From an uncultured archaeon (GTDB lineage: Archaea > Altiarchaeota > Altiarchaeia > JAFGQM01): a DNA stretch of 29,112 nucleotides. Positions 17,901 to 26,629 of this stretch are shown here, one piece after another. Both the position numbers and the translations under genes were made by a program. The notes under the pieces were generated by a model that saw only the letters and a list, made by a program, of their open reading frames with translations, was not told the DNA's origin and did no database searches. The stretch is from contig CAZQBY010000015.1 of NCBI GenBank assembly GCA_964592405.1, positions 1-29,112 on the forward strand. The letters run 5' to 3'. Every line of letters begins with the position of its first letter. The first letter of the stretch is position 1.

Positions 17901-18995
17901 CTAAGCAATCTTGTATCTCAATATTCCGGCTATCCCCCCGAAGGCCACCCAAAGCTGATTCCCCTCCTCAAAATCATCACTTATAATCTCCACCTTCGCA
18001 CCAGTTGGTTCGGCTTTCTCAAGAAGCTCCTCTATTTTATTTTCATCTAGGTTTTCGGAGAGTAGAAGAACCTCAACAGCATTCACATCGAGGGCCTTTT
18101 CAGTTTCTTTCAGGCCATAAGTAACCATATCAGGATTCTTGGCCAGATACTTCATAAACCTTTGGATGTATTTCCTGTGCTGGGTAGTCTCGAGCTCTTT
18201 CAGATCCTCAGAACTTGCTTTGACAAGTTCACGTATGCCCGACTCATCGGTATAGGTTATGTCCTTGACTGCAATTATCTTGTTCTTTAGCTGGTAGTGG
18301 AGGTAGTCGCCCTCCACAAAATCATCCTTTGTCCCAGCAGGCCCGCCTATTATGATACCTGTCAGATCCTTTATGTTCGGCAGAAAGGTTTTGGCCGCAT
18401 GTTCGGCAACCCTTTGTTTGAAGCGGTGGGATTCCTCAGCTATCAACCTCTCAAATCTCCGATGGCTCTGCCCACCTGCCCGGTGCTTTCCGGAGTAACC
18501 AGAAGTCAGTTTGGTGAGTATCTCCGGTTTATCTCCGCGCAGGATTCCAATGGTGGCAACCTTGTTGTCAATGGCAATGAGACCGTAGATATTCTTGGGA
18601 CTCAGGATCTTTTCAAGCGGTTCAGTAACAAACGTCTGGTCGCACCGATAGAGCTTGACTGATACCGGTTCGCTGGGTTCTATGGCCCATAATTCAATAT
18701 CCTGCTGTCCCTCCCTTTCAGACACATTACCACAGAAGACAGCAAGTCCGTGGGGAGGCGTCCGCTTGTATAATCTGAGATGCTGTATTATCTTCTCCAG
18801 TGCATCTGTTACATTCTTCCGTGTGGACTTACTCTTGATGTTGGATGCGGTGCCCTGCTCCTGAATAAGCTGGTTTATAACCTGTTCTATCATCGTCCCG
18901 GGAGGTATATAAACCGTTATGAGTTCGGTGTGCCTCCCCCTTACACCCCTCAGATTATCCAGAATCTTCCGTATCTTATACTTGGTCTTATCCAT
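17901..18995 (-). CDS. prf1: Peptide chain release factor aRF1
   Basis: GTASNIKS, YRCDQTF and HRAGGQS motifs; C-terminal FGGIAGILRY; 364 aa with no C-domain minidomain. Confidence 0.96.
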   Translation of the reverse strand: MDKTKYKIRKILDNLRGVRGRHTELITVYIPPGTMIEQVINQLIQEQGTASNIKSKSTRKNVTDALEKIIQHLRLYKRTPPHGLAVFCGNVSEREGQQDIELWAIEPSEPVSVKLYRCDQTFVTEPLEKILSPKNIYGLIAIDNKVATIGILRGDKPEILTKLTSGYSGKHRAGGQSHRRFERLIAEESHRFKQRVAEHAAKTFLPNIKDLTGIIIGGPAGTKDDFVEGDYLHYQLKNKIIAVKDITYTDESGIRELVKASSEDLKELETTQHRKYIQRFMKYLAKNPDMVTYGLKETEKALDVNAVEVLLLSENLDENKIEELLEKAEPTGAKVEIISDDFEEGNQLWVAFGGIAGILRYKIA

Positions 18996-19087
18996 TAGTC
19001 TTGTTCATACGCTTTGGTTTGTTTTAGTTTGAAAGAACTTTGACAAAAAGGCAGACAAGGCCGGGTTGGTTTCGGGTTTGCAAGAGA

Positions 19088-19151
19088 AATGGCGGGGTTA
19101 GAAAAAGAACGCCAACTGGAGGAAAGGCATCCCACTTACCACCCCGCCATT
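19088..19151 (-). ncRNA. Predicted long RNA hairpin (aRF1 leader or small RNA)
   Basis: Perfect 11-bp outer stem AATGGCGGGGT/ACCCCGCCATT; inner stem GGGATGCC/GGCGTTCT with G-U pairs that form only on the minus strand; loop TTTCCTCCAGTT; starts just downstream of a TATA-like box. Confidence 0.55.
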
Positions 19152-19164
19152 AAGTATAGTAAAG

Positions 19165-19177
19165 AAAAATATAAAAA
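19165..19177 (-). promoter_or_regulatory. TATA-box-like element for the aRF1 leader transcript
   Basis: TTTTTATATTTTT on the minus strand, centred about 20-25 nt upstream of 19150. Confidence 0.55.
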
Positions 19178-19206
19178 GTTTGGGCAATTTTTGGTCTCAG
19201 CCGAGT

Positions 19207-20313
19207 TCAAAATCTGGTGAAAATCAGGAAATAGATGAAGATTAGGTATATTATGAAGAGACTCACTCCCTCATATTTCTTTATTGTCCAGTCAGTCCTG
19301 ATAAAGATGAACAGCAACCCGGTGGTGATAATCAGGAATGGTAGCGACAGGGCAAGTGTCGTTGGTAATATATGGAGTGGTGCCACAATGGCAGAAAGTC
19401 CGCCAACCAATGTTATATTAAAAATGTTGGAGCCTATTATGTTGCCCAAAACCATTGTATCAAAACCCTTTTTCAATGAGGCTATGGATACAAACAGTTC
19501 TGGGAGGGATGTCCCAAATGCAATAAGAGTGGCACCTATTACATTCTTGGTAACACCAAAGGATTCGGCTATGGAAACAGCAACTGGTATTAGGAATCTG
19601 GCACTTGTATATATCATTATTCCACTACCCAGTACGACAATTGCGTCTCTGAGTATGTGCTTTTTGAAAAGTGATATCCTATTACGAACCCTTTGATAGG
19701 CCTCGATATCGAAACCCTTGCCTACAAAATCTTCCATCGGCTCCTTCCTGAGCTCATTCTCCACAACCTTTTCCGAAACCTCTGGGACACCAAAATGTAT
19801 TATACGGTTGAAGCGATGGGAAAGAGCCAGATATTTTGTTAGCTTATAAACATGCTTTCTGAATTGTGGCCTAAAGTGGAATAGATAGGCGAGATAGAGG
19901 GGGGTAAGTGCTATAAGAACTACCCCATCCAGAAAAGAGATGCTGCCATCAATTGAAAATACTACTATTGTCATTGTTATGCAGAACATTATAAGACTGT
20001 CTCTCAGGAAGATCTGGCGATTGGTCTTAAGCGTAGTTATTATGGCACTAATGCCCAGTATTAGGCCAATATTGGCTATGTTGGAACCAATTATGTTTCC
20101 GATAGCCATTTCCGTTTCGCCTATCATGGAAGCCATAACTGAGGAGCCCATCTCCGGGAGAGAGGTGCCTATAGCGATGATAGTAACACCTATGACAAAT
20201 TTGGAAACCCCCAGATATTCGGCTACCCGAGCAATCGCTTCCACAAAGAAATCACTGCTTTTGATAAGAACAATCATCAGTCCGGCTAGAAGTATGAACT
20301 GGTATAATACCAT
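19207..20313 (-). CDS. Calcium/sodium antiporter (CaCA, YrbG/NCX_Mj family)
   Basis: Two alpha repeats GTSLPE...GNIIGSNI; many TM segments; start set at ATG 20313. Confidence 0.93.
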   Translation of the reverse strand: MVLYQFILLAGLMIVLIKSSDFFVEAIARVAEYLGVSKFVIGVTIIAIGTSLPEMGSSVMASMIGETEMAIGNIIGSNIANIGLILGISAIITTLKTNRQIFLRDSLIMFCITMTIVVFSIDGSISFLDGVVLIALTPLYLAYLFHFRPQFRKHVYKLTKYLALSHRFNRIIHFGVPEVSEKVVENELRKEPMEDFVGKGFDIEAYQRVRNRISLFKKHILRDAIVVLGSGIMIYTSARFLIPVAVSIAESFGVTKNVIGATLIAFGTSLPELFVSIASLKKGFDTMVLGNIIGSNIFNITLVGGLSAIVAPLHILPTTLALSLPFLIITTGLLFIFIRTDWTIKKYEGVSLFIIYLIFIYFLIFTRF

Positions 20314-20355
20314 AGATATTTTTAATGACCTTCTCCTTATAAACATGAAAACCAG

Positions 20356-21573
20356 ATGCAAATAATAGAGGTCTATCTAGCCCCGGGAGAGGGAGACGCA
20401 GCTGTAAGAATACTCAGGGATCTGGGAATAAAAGACTTCAATCTTGTAAAAACAGAAACAAGTGATTTGCTTACCATTAAACATCCCCTTGATAAGGCCG
20501 ATCAGATTATTGATAACCTCAGGCAGGAGTTTGACTTCGACGCTGATAATCGCCGGAGCATAGTGGTTTCTAGGCCGGATGCCATCTATCCACGAGAAAA
20601 AGAAAAAGAGAAAAAAAGTCATGAAAGATATGCGAGGGAGTGTATAATTGAGTATGCTGAAGAGAATGCCACTCTGAGTTCAAAATATCTAGCCCTCATA
20701 TTCTTTTCGGCTGTAATAGCAACACTTGGCTTACTTACAAACAATACGGCTGTTGTTGTTGGGGCCATGATAATAGCTCCGGCTTTTGGTCCGATAGCAA
20801 GTGTGGCTGTGGGGGCAGTTGTCAACCGCATGGATTTACTCAAGGCAGGGATAAAGACCGAGATTATTGGGGTATTACTGGCAGTGACAACAGCAGCCAT
20901 TATGGGGCTTATGTTACCGGGTGTTGAATTGACCCCTGCACTCCAGCAGAGAATGCTGCCAACCATATATGACCTGTTGATCGGGCTTGCTGCTGGAGCA
21001 GCCGGTGGTTATGTTCTGGTCAGCGGTAAGGGCTCAACAATTGTTGGGGTCATGGTCGCTGCCGCACTTCTGCCGGTGATGTGTGGGATAGGACTCGGAG
21101 TTTTCTTCCTTAACCCATTCATCGTATTCGGCGGGTTTCTGTTATTGTTGATAACAGTGCTTTCAATAATCCTCTCGATGGTAGTTGTATTCTGGTTTGT
21201 GGGCCCGCAGAGAGAACACATACACCTAGCCTATGACTATCATCTCACACAGAAGACCGTAGGACTGGTTTTAAAATATGCACTTGTACTCATGGTGATA
21301 CTCACGATTCCACTGATATGGCTGACGTATGAGAACTTTGCGAGAACTGCCCCCGGGAGAGAGATAAGCAAGATATTTCATGAGAACCAATACAGGACCA
21401 TTGGGCTTGGCTCGGTCTCAATAGAGGGTAATCTGATTCGCGTCTTCATTTATGATTTTGGTAATGGGGACGAGACAATTCTGCGAGATCTTTACATGAA
21501 GATCAAGCAAAGGATAGACCCCCGATATGACCTTGAGTTTAATGTCATCAGGACAGAGAGAAATGTATATTGA
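20356..21573 (+). CDS. TIGR00341/DUF389-family membrane protein
   Basis: IATLGLLTNNTAVVVGAMIIAP and IVGVMVAAALLP motifs; soluble N-terminal domain and multiple TMs. Confidence 0.85.
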   Translation: MQIIEVYLAPGEGDAAVRILRDLGIKDFNLVKTETSDLLTIKHPLDKADQIIDNLRQEFDFDADNRRSIVVSRPDAIYPREKEKEKKSHERYARECIIEYAEENATLSSKYLALIFFSAVIATLGLLTNNTAVVVGAMIIAPAFGPIASVAVGAVVNRMDLLKAGIKTEIIGVLLAVTTAAIMGLMLPGVELTPALQQRMLPTIYDLLIGLAAGAAGGYVLVSGKGSTIVGVMVAAALLPVMCGIGLGVFFLNPFIVFGGFLLLLITVLSIILSMVVVFWFVGPQREHIHLAYDYHLTQKTVGLVLKYALVLMVILTIPLIWLTYENFARTAPGREISKIFHENQYRTIGLGSVSIEGNLIRVFIYDFGNGDETILRDLYMKIKQRIDPRYDLEFNVIRTERNVY

Positions 21574-21601
21574 TATTTGAATTGTATATTGATATTTGAA
21601 T
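21564..21601 (+). repeat. Perfect 19-bp tandem duplication spanning the DUF389 stop codon
   Basis: TGTATATTGATATTTGAAT at 21564-21582 and 21583-21601. Confidence 0.9.
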
Positions 21602-21635
21602 TTTGAATTCAGGTAAATGGATATCAGGTATATCG

Positions 21636-23192
21636 CTACTCAATCAGGAAAGGGTTGCTCTTTTGCATCAGTTTCACTGCATATCTAAGTTTCACCACGG
21701 TTTGTGAATAGATCGTGAATAGTAGCTCCCCGGCAGATACCTTGTCCCCAACCTTCTTTTCCAATAATATTCCTGCTCTGGGGTCCTTGGGTGCGCCAGC
21801 AGTCCTTGCGATAGTCGAGATAAGCATGTTATCGATCCTGCTCACCCTGCCGCCAGTTTTGGAAAATACATGCTGTCTGTACCTCCCCGGTCTGAGCTCA
21901 TCGGGCTTGATATGGGGATTCCCACCCTGAACATTTATTATTTCCTGCATCTTCTGCTTGGCCCTTCCCTCCTCCAAGCATCTCCTGGCCTCTTTAGCCC
22001 CTTTTCCTTTTGAACTCATACCACAAAATTCCATCAGCTCACCAACCATCATAACGCTTTTATCCACCAGGTCTTTTGGACCCTCACCATCCAATGCCAT
22101 CAGTATATCCCTGGCTTCAAGAACCGGTCCGATGCCATTGCCTATGGGCTGGGTGCCGTCGGTAAGCAGATATTTCAATTTCATACCAACTTCTCCAGCC
22201 AACCAGACAAATTTTTTTCCCAATTCCCTTGCGCCCTTTCTTGTCTGTATCTTTGCACCCCTGCCATATGGTATGTCCACTAGGACATAGTTGCTACCAA
22301 CGCTCTTTTTCTTTGAGATTATGCTTGCAAGGACCTGCCCCTCTGAATCTATTGAGAGTGGATATTCTACACGTATTATCTTGTCGTCTGCAGGAGCCAA
22401 ATTTATGGCACCCCCCCAGACTATACAGCCACCAACCTTGTTAACAAATCTCCTGATATCCCGTGCCTGATATGATACGTTGGCAAGGACCTCCATAGTG
22501 TCTGCAGTCCCGGAAGGTGATGTTATTGCGCGAGAAGAGGTTTTTGGTATCTTCAGGCCTAGGGCTGCCAGCATGGGGACTATCATCATGGTGGTCCTGT
22601 TGCCGGGAACACCACCGATACAGTGTTTGTCAACCACAATTCCATCAAAGTCCAGTTTCTCGCCAGTATCTACCATAGCCATGGTGAGGGATACTGTCTC
22701 TCTTTTAGTGAACCCGTAGATCGCAGAGGCCGTCACAAAGGATGTGAGCTCGATGTCACTCAGATTGTCATACACAATATCTCTGGTTATGGCATATATC
22801 TCATCCCTCGAGAGCTCACAACCATCTATTTTCTTTCGGATGTAACTGACGGATTCTGGCTTCTCCCTTGGAGTTACAAAAACTGTCGAACGTGAGTTGA
22901 GCTTCATGCTTTTGGCTAGGTCATTGAAGACCCCTATCTCGCCCTCTGCGACCATGGTGTCGGTGACATCAATTATTGCCACTCCCCCATAAGCCCCTCT
23001 CTTAGACTTTTTGAATATATAAGCTCTGTCGCCCATATGAATGGAGAGTCTTCTGGCATCATTCTCGTGCATCAGGGCTATGGACCGCCCTGCATCTATA
23101 TCTATTATCCTGACACTCAGCTTTTCTCCCAGCTGTGCTGTCCTTATTTTTTCAGCCAGCGGACCAATTCTCTCGTCATCAAACCTTGTCAT
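21636..23192 (-). CDS. AMP phosphorylase (thymidine phosphorylase family, archaeal NMP phosphorylase)
   Basis: DKHCIGGVPGNRTT, KTSSRAITSPSGTADTMEVL, APADD, QPIGNGIGP and IARTAGAPKD motifs, with the N-terminal extra domain; ATGA overlap with rbcL. Confidence 0.95.
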   Translation of the reverse strand: MTRFDDERIGPLAEKIRTAQLGEKLSVRIIDIDAGRSIALMHENDARRLSIHMGDRAYIFKKSKRGAYGGVAIIDVTDTMVAEGEIGVFNDLAKSMKLNSRSTVFVTPREKPESVSYIRKKIDGCELSRDEIYAITRDIVYDNLSDIELTSFVTASAIYGFTKRETVSLTMAMVDTGEKLDFDGIVVDKHCIGGVPGNRTTMMIVPMLAALGLKIPKTSSRAITSPSGTADTMEVLANVSYQARDIRRFVNKVGGCIVWGGAINLAPADDKIIRVEYPLSIDSEGQVLASIISKKKSVGSNYVLVDIPYGRGAKIQTRKGARELGKKFVWLAGEVGMKLKYLLTDGTQPIGNGIGPVLEARDILMALDGEGPKDLVDKSVMMVGELMEFCGMSSKGKGAKEARRCLEEGRAKQKMQEIINVQGGNPHIKPDELRPGRYRQHVFSKTGGRVSRIDNMLISTIARTAGAPKDPRAGILLEKKVGDKVSAGELLFTIYSQTVVKLRYAVKLMQKSNPFLIE

Positions 23193-24454
23193 ATTTTAGT
23201 CCCCCACTTATCCAAGGCAATTTTGAGTTCTTTATGTGTCTTTGCGTAATCCCTTAATGCAATACCCTTCACAACTGCTTCCACTGCCTGTCTCATACCT
23301 GCTGCACCTGCACGGGTTCCTTGTGGATGACCATGACAGCCACCACCTGCCTGTAATATGATATCCCTGCCCAGATATCTGACTATAGCTGGAACATGGC
23401 CCGGATGTAAACCTCCGGAGCAAACTGGGAAAACAGGCCTTAATCCATACCAGTCCTGCTCCAAAACATCACCATGGCCCTCTATAAATGGGTCCTGTAT
23501 CTCCCTGCCTGTGTCTATCACCTCCTGTTTGCCGCCCTGCATCTTGCCGACTATCGTTCCTATATGCAGCTGATCCAAGCCAATAAGTCTTATTATCTTG
23601 GCAAGGGTCAGCATAGTCATACCATGTTTTTTGTTGCGTGTCAACATCGCATGTCCGGCCCGATGGGCATGGATTACCAGGTCTAAATCCGCATTTCTCA
23701 GGGTCTGGAGAGCAGAGAAGCCACATGTCACTATATCAACCATTACGTATTCCCCACCCTGCTCCTTTACAAATTCGGCTCTTCTTAGCATCTCCGTAGT
23801 CTCAGCCGTGACATTTGGCATATACATCTTCCTCTCGCCAGTTTTGTCTTCTGCCTTATTGCGTAGTTTCAGGGTCTCCTTTACCCTTCTTTCAAATGGA
23901 TTAAATCTCTGGCTTGTGAGGTTTTCGTCATCCTTGACTATATCTAAACCACCCATCCAGGCTTCATAAGCGACTCTTGCATGATTCTTATAGTCCAGAC
24001 CAACCTTGGGCTTTACGATAGTGCCGACCAGCGGACGATCATAAACCTTTAGCAGATCCCTTACTCCGGGTATTCCAAATTTCGGCCCCCTGAAGGATTT
24101 TACAGCCCTCATCGGGAAGCTTATGTCCAGAAGACGCAGATTTTTCACAGCCTTCATGCCAAAGATATTACCGGCTATGCTGGAGAGAATCTCAGCGATA
24201 TTGCCCAGCTCAAAGAGTGGTAGTGGGTAGGCTATGAGTGCTGTCTTCTTTTTCTCGTCTATCTCAAAGACCCGGGCCTGCAGCCAGTCCCTCGTCTCCT
24301 GCTTAAGTGTTGTCAGATCTGTCCAAGTGCCTATACTCGACTCCGCAGCTATGTGCCTGCATGCCTTTCTAAATGATATCCCATTTGGCTCTATATAATA
24401 TCTGCATATTATATCATCTCTTGACGGCCGATATTTCAAATCTACATAGGTCAT
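23189..24454 (-). CDS. rbcL: RuBisCO large subunit, form III
   Basis: AAESSIGTW, AGNIFGMK, KPKVGL, KDDE, HAHRAGHA, loop-6 VGKM, SGGLHPG and QAGGG motifs, so the catalytic set appears complete; start set at ATG 24454. Confidence 0.95.
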   Translation of the reverse strand: MTYVDLKYRPSRDDIICRYYIEPNGISFRKACRHIAAESSIGTWTDLTTLKQETRDWLQARVFEIDEKKKTALIAYPLPLFELGNIAEILSSIAGNIFGMKAVKNLRLLDISFPMRAVKSFRGPKFGIPGVRDLLKVYDRPLVGTIVKPKVGLDYKNHARVAYEAWMGGLDIVKDDENLTSQRFNPFERRVKETLKLRNKAEDKTGERKMYMPNVTAETTEMLRRAEFVKEQGGEYVMVDIVTCGFSALQTLRNADLDLVIHAHRAGHAMLTRNKKHGMTMLTLAKIIRLIGLDQLHIGTIVGKMQGGKQEVIDTGREIQDPFIEGHGDVLEQDWYGLRPVFPVCSGGLHPGHVPAIVRYLGRDIILQAGGGCHGHPQGTRAGAAGMRQAVEAVVKGIALRDYAKTHKELKIALDKWGTKI

Positions 24455-24456
24455 TT

Positions 24457-25119
24457 TTATTTGAGCATGTTCAGATAGTCTCCTATATCCTCTGCGGATA
24501 ATGAGCAACCTTTAAATTTCAGCGACCATAAGCATGCCTCAAGCAGTGCCTGCTTCTCACCGGAGAAATACTTCTCTAAAATGCCCTTCTCATAGGCGAC
24601 TGCAACAAGCTCGCTGGAGCGGATTATGGAGACACCTTGGCAGTATTTCTGGAATATTTTCCTGTGCTCATGATCCATGGTTACACCCCTATGCATTCTA
24701 TACTGCAGAAGCTCTTTCAAGTTGATGGGATCCTCTATCAAGAATCTGAGGGTTCTTTCATCAACCAAAAGAGTATCGCCGTTATTCGCCAAGGCAAGAG
24801 CCTCTGCCTCCCCTCTCTGGATTATTTTAAGAGGTTTATGCCGGGCATAATAAATGTTATTGGATAGATCCAGTATTTGGCTGACCTCATCCGGATCGGC
24901 TTTTTCAATTCTTAGAACTCCGTTTTTCACCAAGGCGCGAAACTTCAACGGTCCCATACGATGATGCTTCCCCTTCTCTGGATTGGTTATTATCTCGTCA
25001 TAAACTGTTTCGGTAATGATGAAATCCGCCAGTTCACTGAGCTCAACTAGTAAGGGCAGCATGCAGTTCATAGACATAGATATCAGCGAGCTGGAATCAC
25101 AGATAACCCTTTTTCTCAT
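24457..25119 (-). CDS. PIN-domain protein (putative ribonuclease, extended DUF3368-like)
   Basis: Acidic PIN set: D8 (VICDSSSLI), E42 (VYDEI), E104 (RGEAEALAL), D120/E121 (LLVDER). Confidence 0.75.
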   Translation of the reverse strand: MRKRVICDSSSLISMSMNCMLPLLVELSELADFIITETVYDEIITNPEKGKHHRMGPLKFRALVKNGVLRIEKADPDEVSQILDLSNNIYYARHKPLKIIQRGEAEALALANNGDTLLVDERTLRFLIEDPINLKELLQYRMHRGVTMDHEHRKIFQKYCQGVSIIRSSELVAVAYEKGILEKYFSGEKQALLEACLWSLKFKGCSLSAEDIGDYLNMLK

Positions 25120-25643
25120 CCGAATACCCTCCTTGCCACCTCCAACCTCTCAGCATTTTTTCCCATGCCATGAAACTCATGTATTTTGCTACCCCCAACA
25201 TAGTGGAGAACCTTCACAGGATCGGCACCTGTTAGCTCAGAAGCGCGTCGCAATGAAAATCCCTGTTCATAGAGTTTTGCGGCCTTTTTCACTCTGGCCT
25301 TTTCAATCACATTTTCAGCATAATTACCCTCCCTGGCATCCAGCTTTATTACCCGATCTTCTATGGCCTCCAGATGCCTTATTGTTTCCTCTTTTGGTCC
25401 CAGCCGAGCATCCATGAGGCGACTCTTTATATCATCATAAAACTTCTTTTCAAGGCCCTTATAGTGTGTTTTGGACATTATTTTGCTCAGGGCATAATCA
25501 ATCAGTGCCAACAGGATAAGCTCCCTATGGCCCTCTATGGCAGCCTCAGAAAGTGCCTTTGCAGAGACGGTCCTGAGTGCCAGCGCATCCCCCCGCTCAA
25601 TGGCATCTACTGAGTGACCAATCAGGGTCTTTATATCATCCAT
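25116..25643 (-). CDS. Hypothetical helical protein with a C-terminal HTH-like (UPF0175-like) motif
   Basis: KAAKLYEQGFSLRRASELTG resembles the UPF0175/HTH signature; ATGA overlap with the PIN gene. Confidence 0.7.
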   Translation of the reverse strand: MDDIKTLIGHSVDAIERGDALALRTVSAKALSEAAIEGHRELILLALIDYALSKIMSKTHYKGLEKKFYDDIKSRLMDARLGPKEETIRHLEAIEDRVIKLDAREGNYAENVIEKARVKKAAKLYEQGFSLRRASELTGADPVKVLHYVGGSKIHEFHGMGKNAERLEVARRVFG

Positions 25644-25649
25644 TTCGAC

Positions 25650-26537
25650 TCATTTGACCATATCCCAAGCAAATTTGTCCTTAAGGATTTCATATGCCAT
25701 GTATGGCGATATGATTCCATCCTCAGTTATTATAGCGTCTATGTATTCGGGCGGCGTGAAGTCAAATGCCGGATTCCACATCTTAACACCCCTCATCTTT
25801 GGACGTATTTCTGCTGTGTCCCTTTCCTCTATTGGTATCATCTCTCCCTCGTAGGTCTGTGGTGAGAATTTCAGAGTCTCACAAGCAACTAACACCGGCA
25901 CATTGGATTCCTTGGCAATGAGGGCTATCTGTGAGGTTCCTATCTTGTTGGCCACGGCACCATTTGCTGCGACAGTATCTGCACCTACAAATACCTTGTC
26001 AACATCAAATTCCTCCATGGCATAACGGACCGCCGAGTCTATTATAAGTGTCACAGGAATGCGCTTTCTGGCCATGAAGGCTGCAGTCAGATATCCCTGA
26101 TTTCGGGGGCGCGTCTCTGTGCATATGACATTTATCTTTTTCGTCTTGGCTGCCTCTGCAATTATTTCAAGAACTGCCGTAGAGTTGCAGTGTGTGAGGA
26201 GTGTATCTCCGGATTTTATTCTCTTGGATCCTATCTGCGCTATTCTCATCAAGGCGTCCTTTTGTTTTTGAATAAATGCATCTATCAGTTTGGGCATATG
26301 CTCCTGCGGGAATTCGTGTGAGAGATATGTGATATAATCCACGGCGTTTGGAAGTGAAACAGCTGTTGGGCGGGCCTTTTTCAGTATGTCTGCCTGCTTT
26401 TGGAAATCGCGGAGAAAGTTCTTTCCTTTGTATGCGGTAGCATAGTCCCTCAAAGCCTCAGCAGCGGTAAGGGCTATCTCAAGGGCTCCGCGGACCTCCA
26501 TTGATTTTATCTTTCGTGCAGCGGTCTTTGGGTCCAC
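25650..26537 (-). CDS. Ribose-1,5-bisphosphate isomerase (eIF-2B alpha/beta/delta family)
   Basis: VRGA, ARPTAVSLPNA, LTHCNS (catalytic Cys), ETRP, VGAD, NKIGT and NPAFDFTP motifs; operonic with rbcL and AMP phosphorylase. Confidence 0.93.
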   Translation of the reverse strand: MDPKTAARKIKSMEVRGALEIALTAAEALRDYATAYKGKNFLRDFQKQADILKKARPTAVSLPNAVDYITYLSHEFPQEHMPKLIDAFIQKQKDALMRIAQIGSKRIKSGDTLLTHCNSTAVLEIIAEAAKTKKINVICTETRPRNQGYLTAAFMARKRIPVTLIIDSAVRYAMEEFDVDKVFVGADTVAANGAVANKIGTSQIALIAKESNVPVLVACETLKFSPQTYEGEMIPIEERDTAEIRPKMRGVKMWNPAFDFTPPEYIDAIITEDGIISPYMAYEILKDKFAWDMVK

Positions 26538-26605
26538 TTTTACATAATTATGAAATGGCGGTAATAAACTTAATTTAATTTATCTGTCCTTTGTAAATAT
26601 CAGCG

Positions 26606-26629
26606 AGGTTAAAAATAAGGTTAAAAATA
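26606..26629 (+). repeat. 12-bp tandem duplication immediately before the ORF 26630 start
   Basis: AGGTTAAAAATA at 26606-26617 and 26618-26629. Confidence 0.8.

Noticed and set aside
19090-19148. tRNA-like ends (GGCGGGG-T...CCCCGCC-A) on the minus strand
   Set aside because: Only 59 nt, with no T-loop (TTCRA), D-arm or anticodon arm; it folds as a single long hairpin.
23189-24454. RuBisCO-like protein (form IV) or a Calvin cycle
   Set aside because: Catalytic motifs appear complete, no phosphoribulokinase or small subunit is present in the window, and the context is the AMP pathway.
25650-26537. Translation initiation factor eIF-2B subunit or methylthioribose-1-phosphate isomerase
   Set aside because: The RPTAVSL and THCNS motifs and the operon with rbcL and AMP phosphorylase indicate R15P isomerase.
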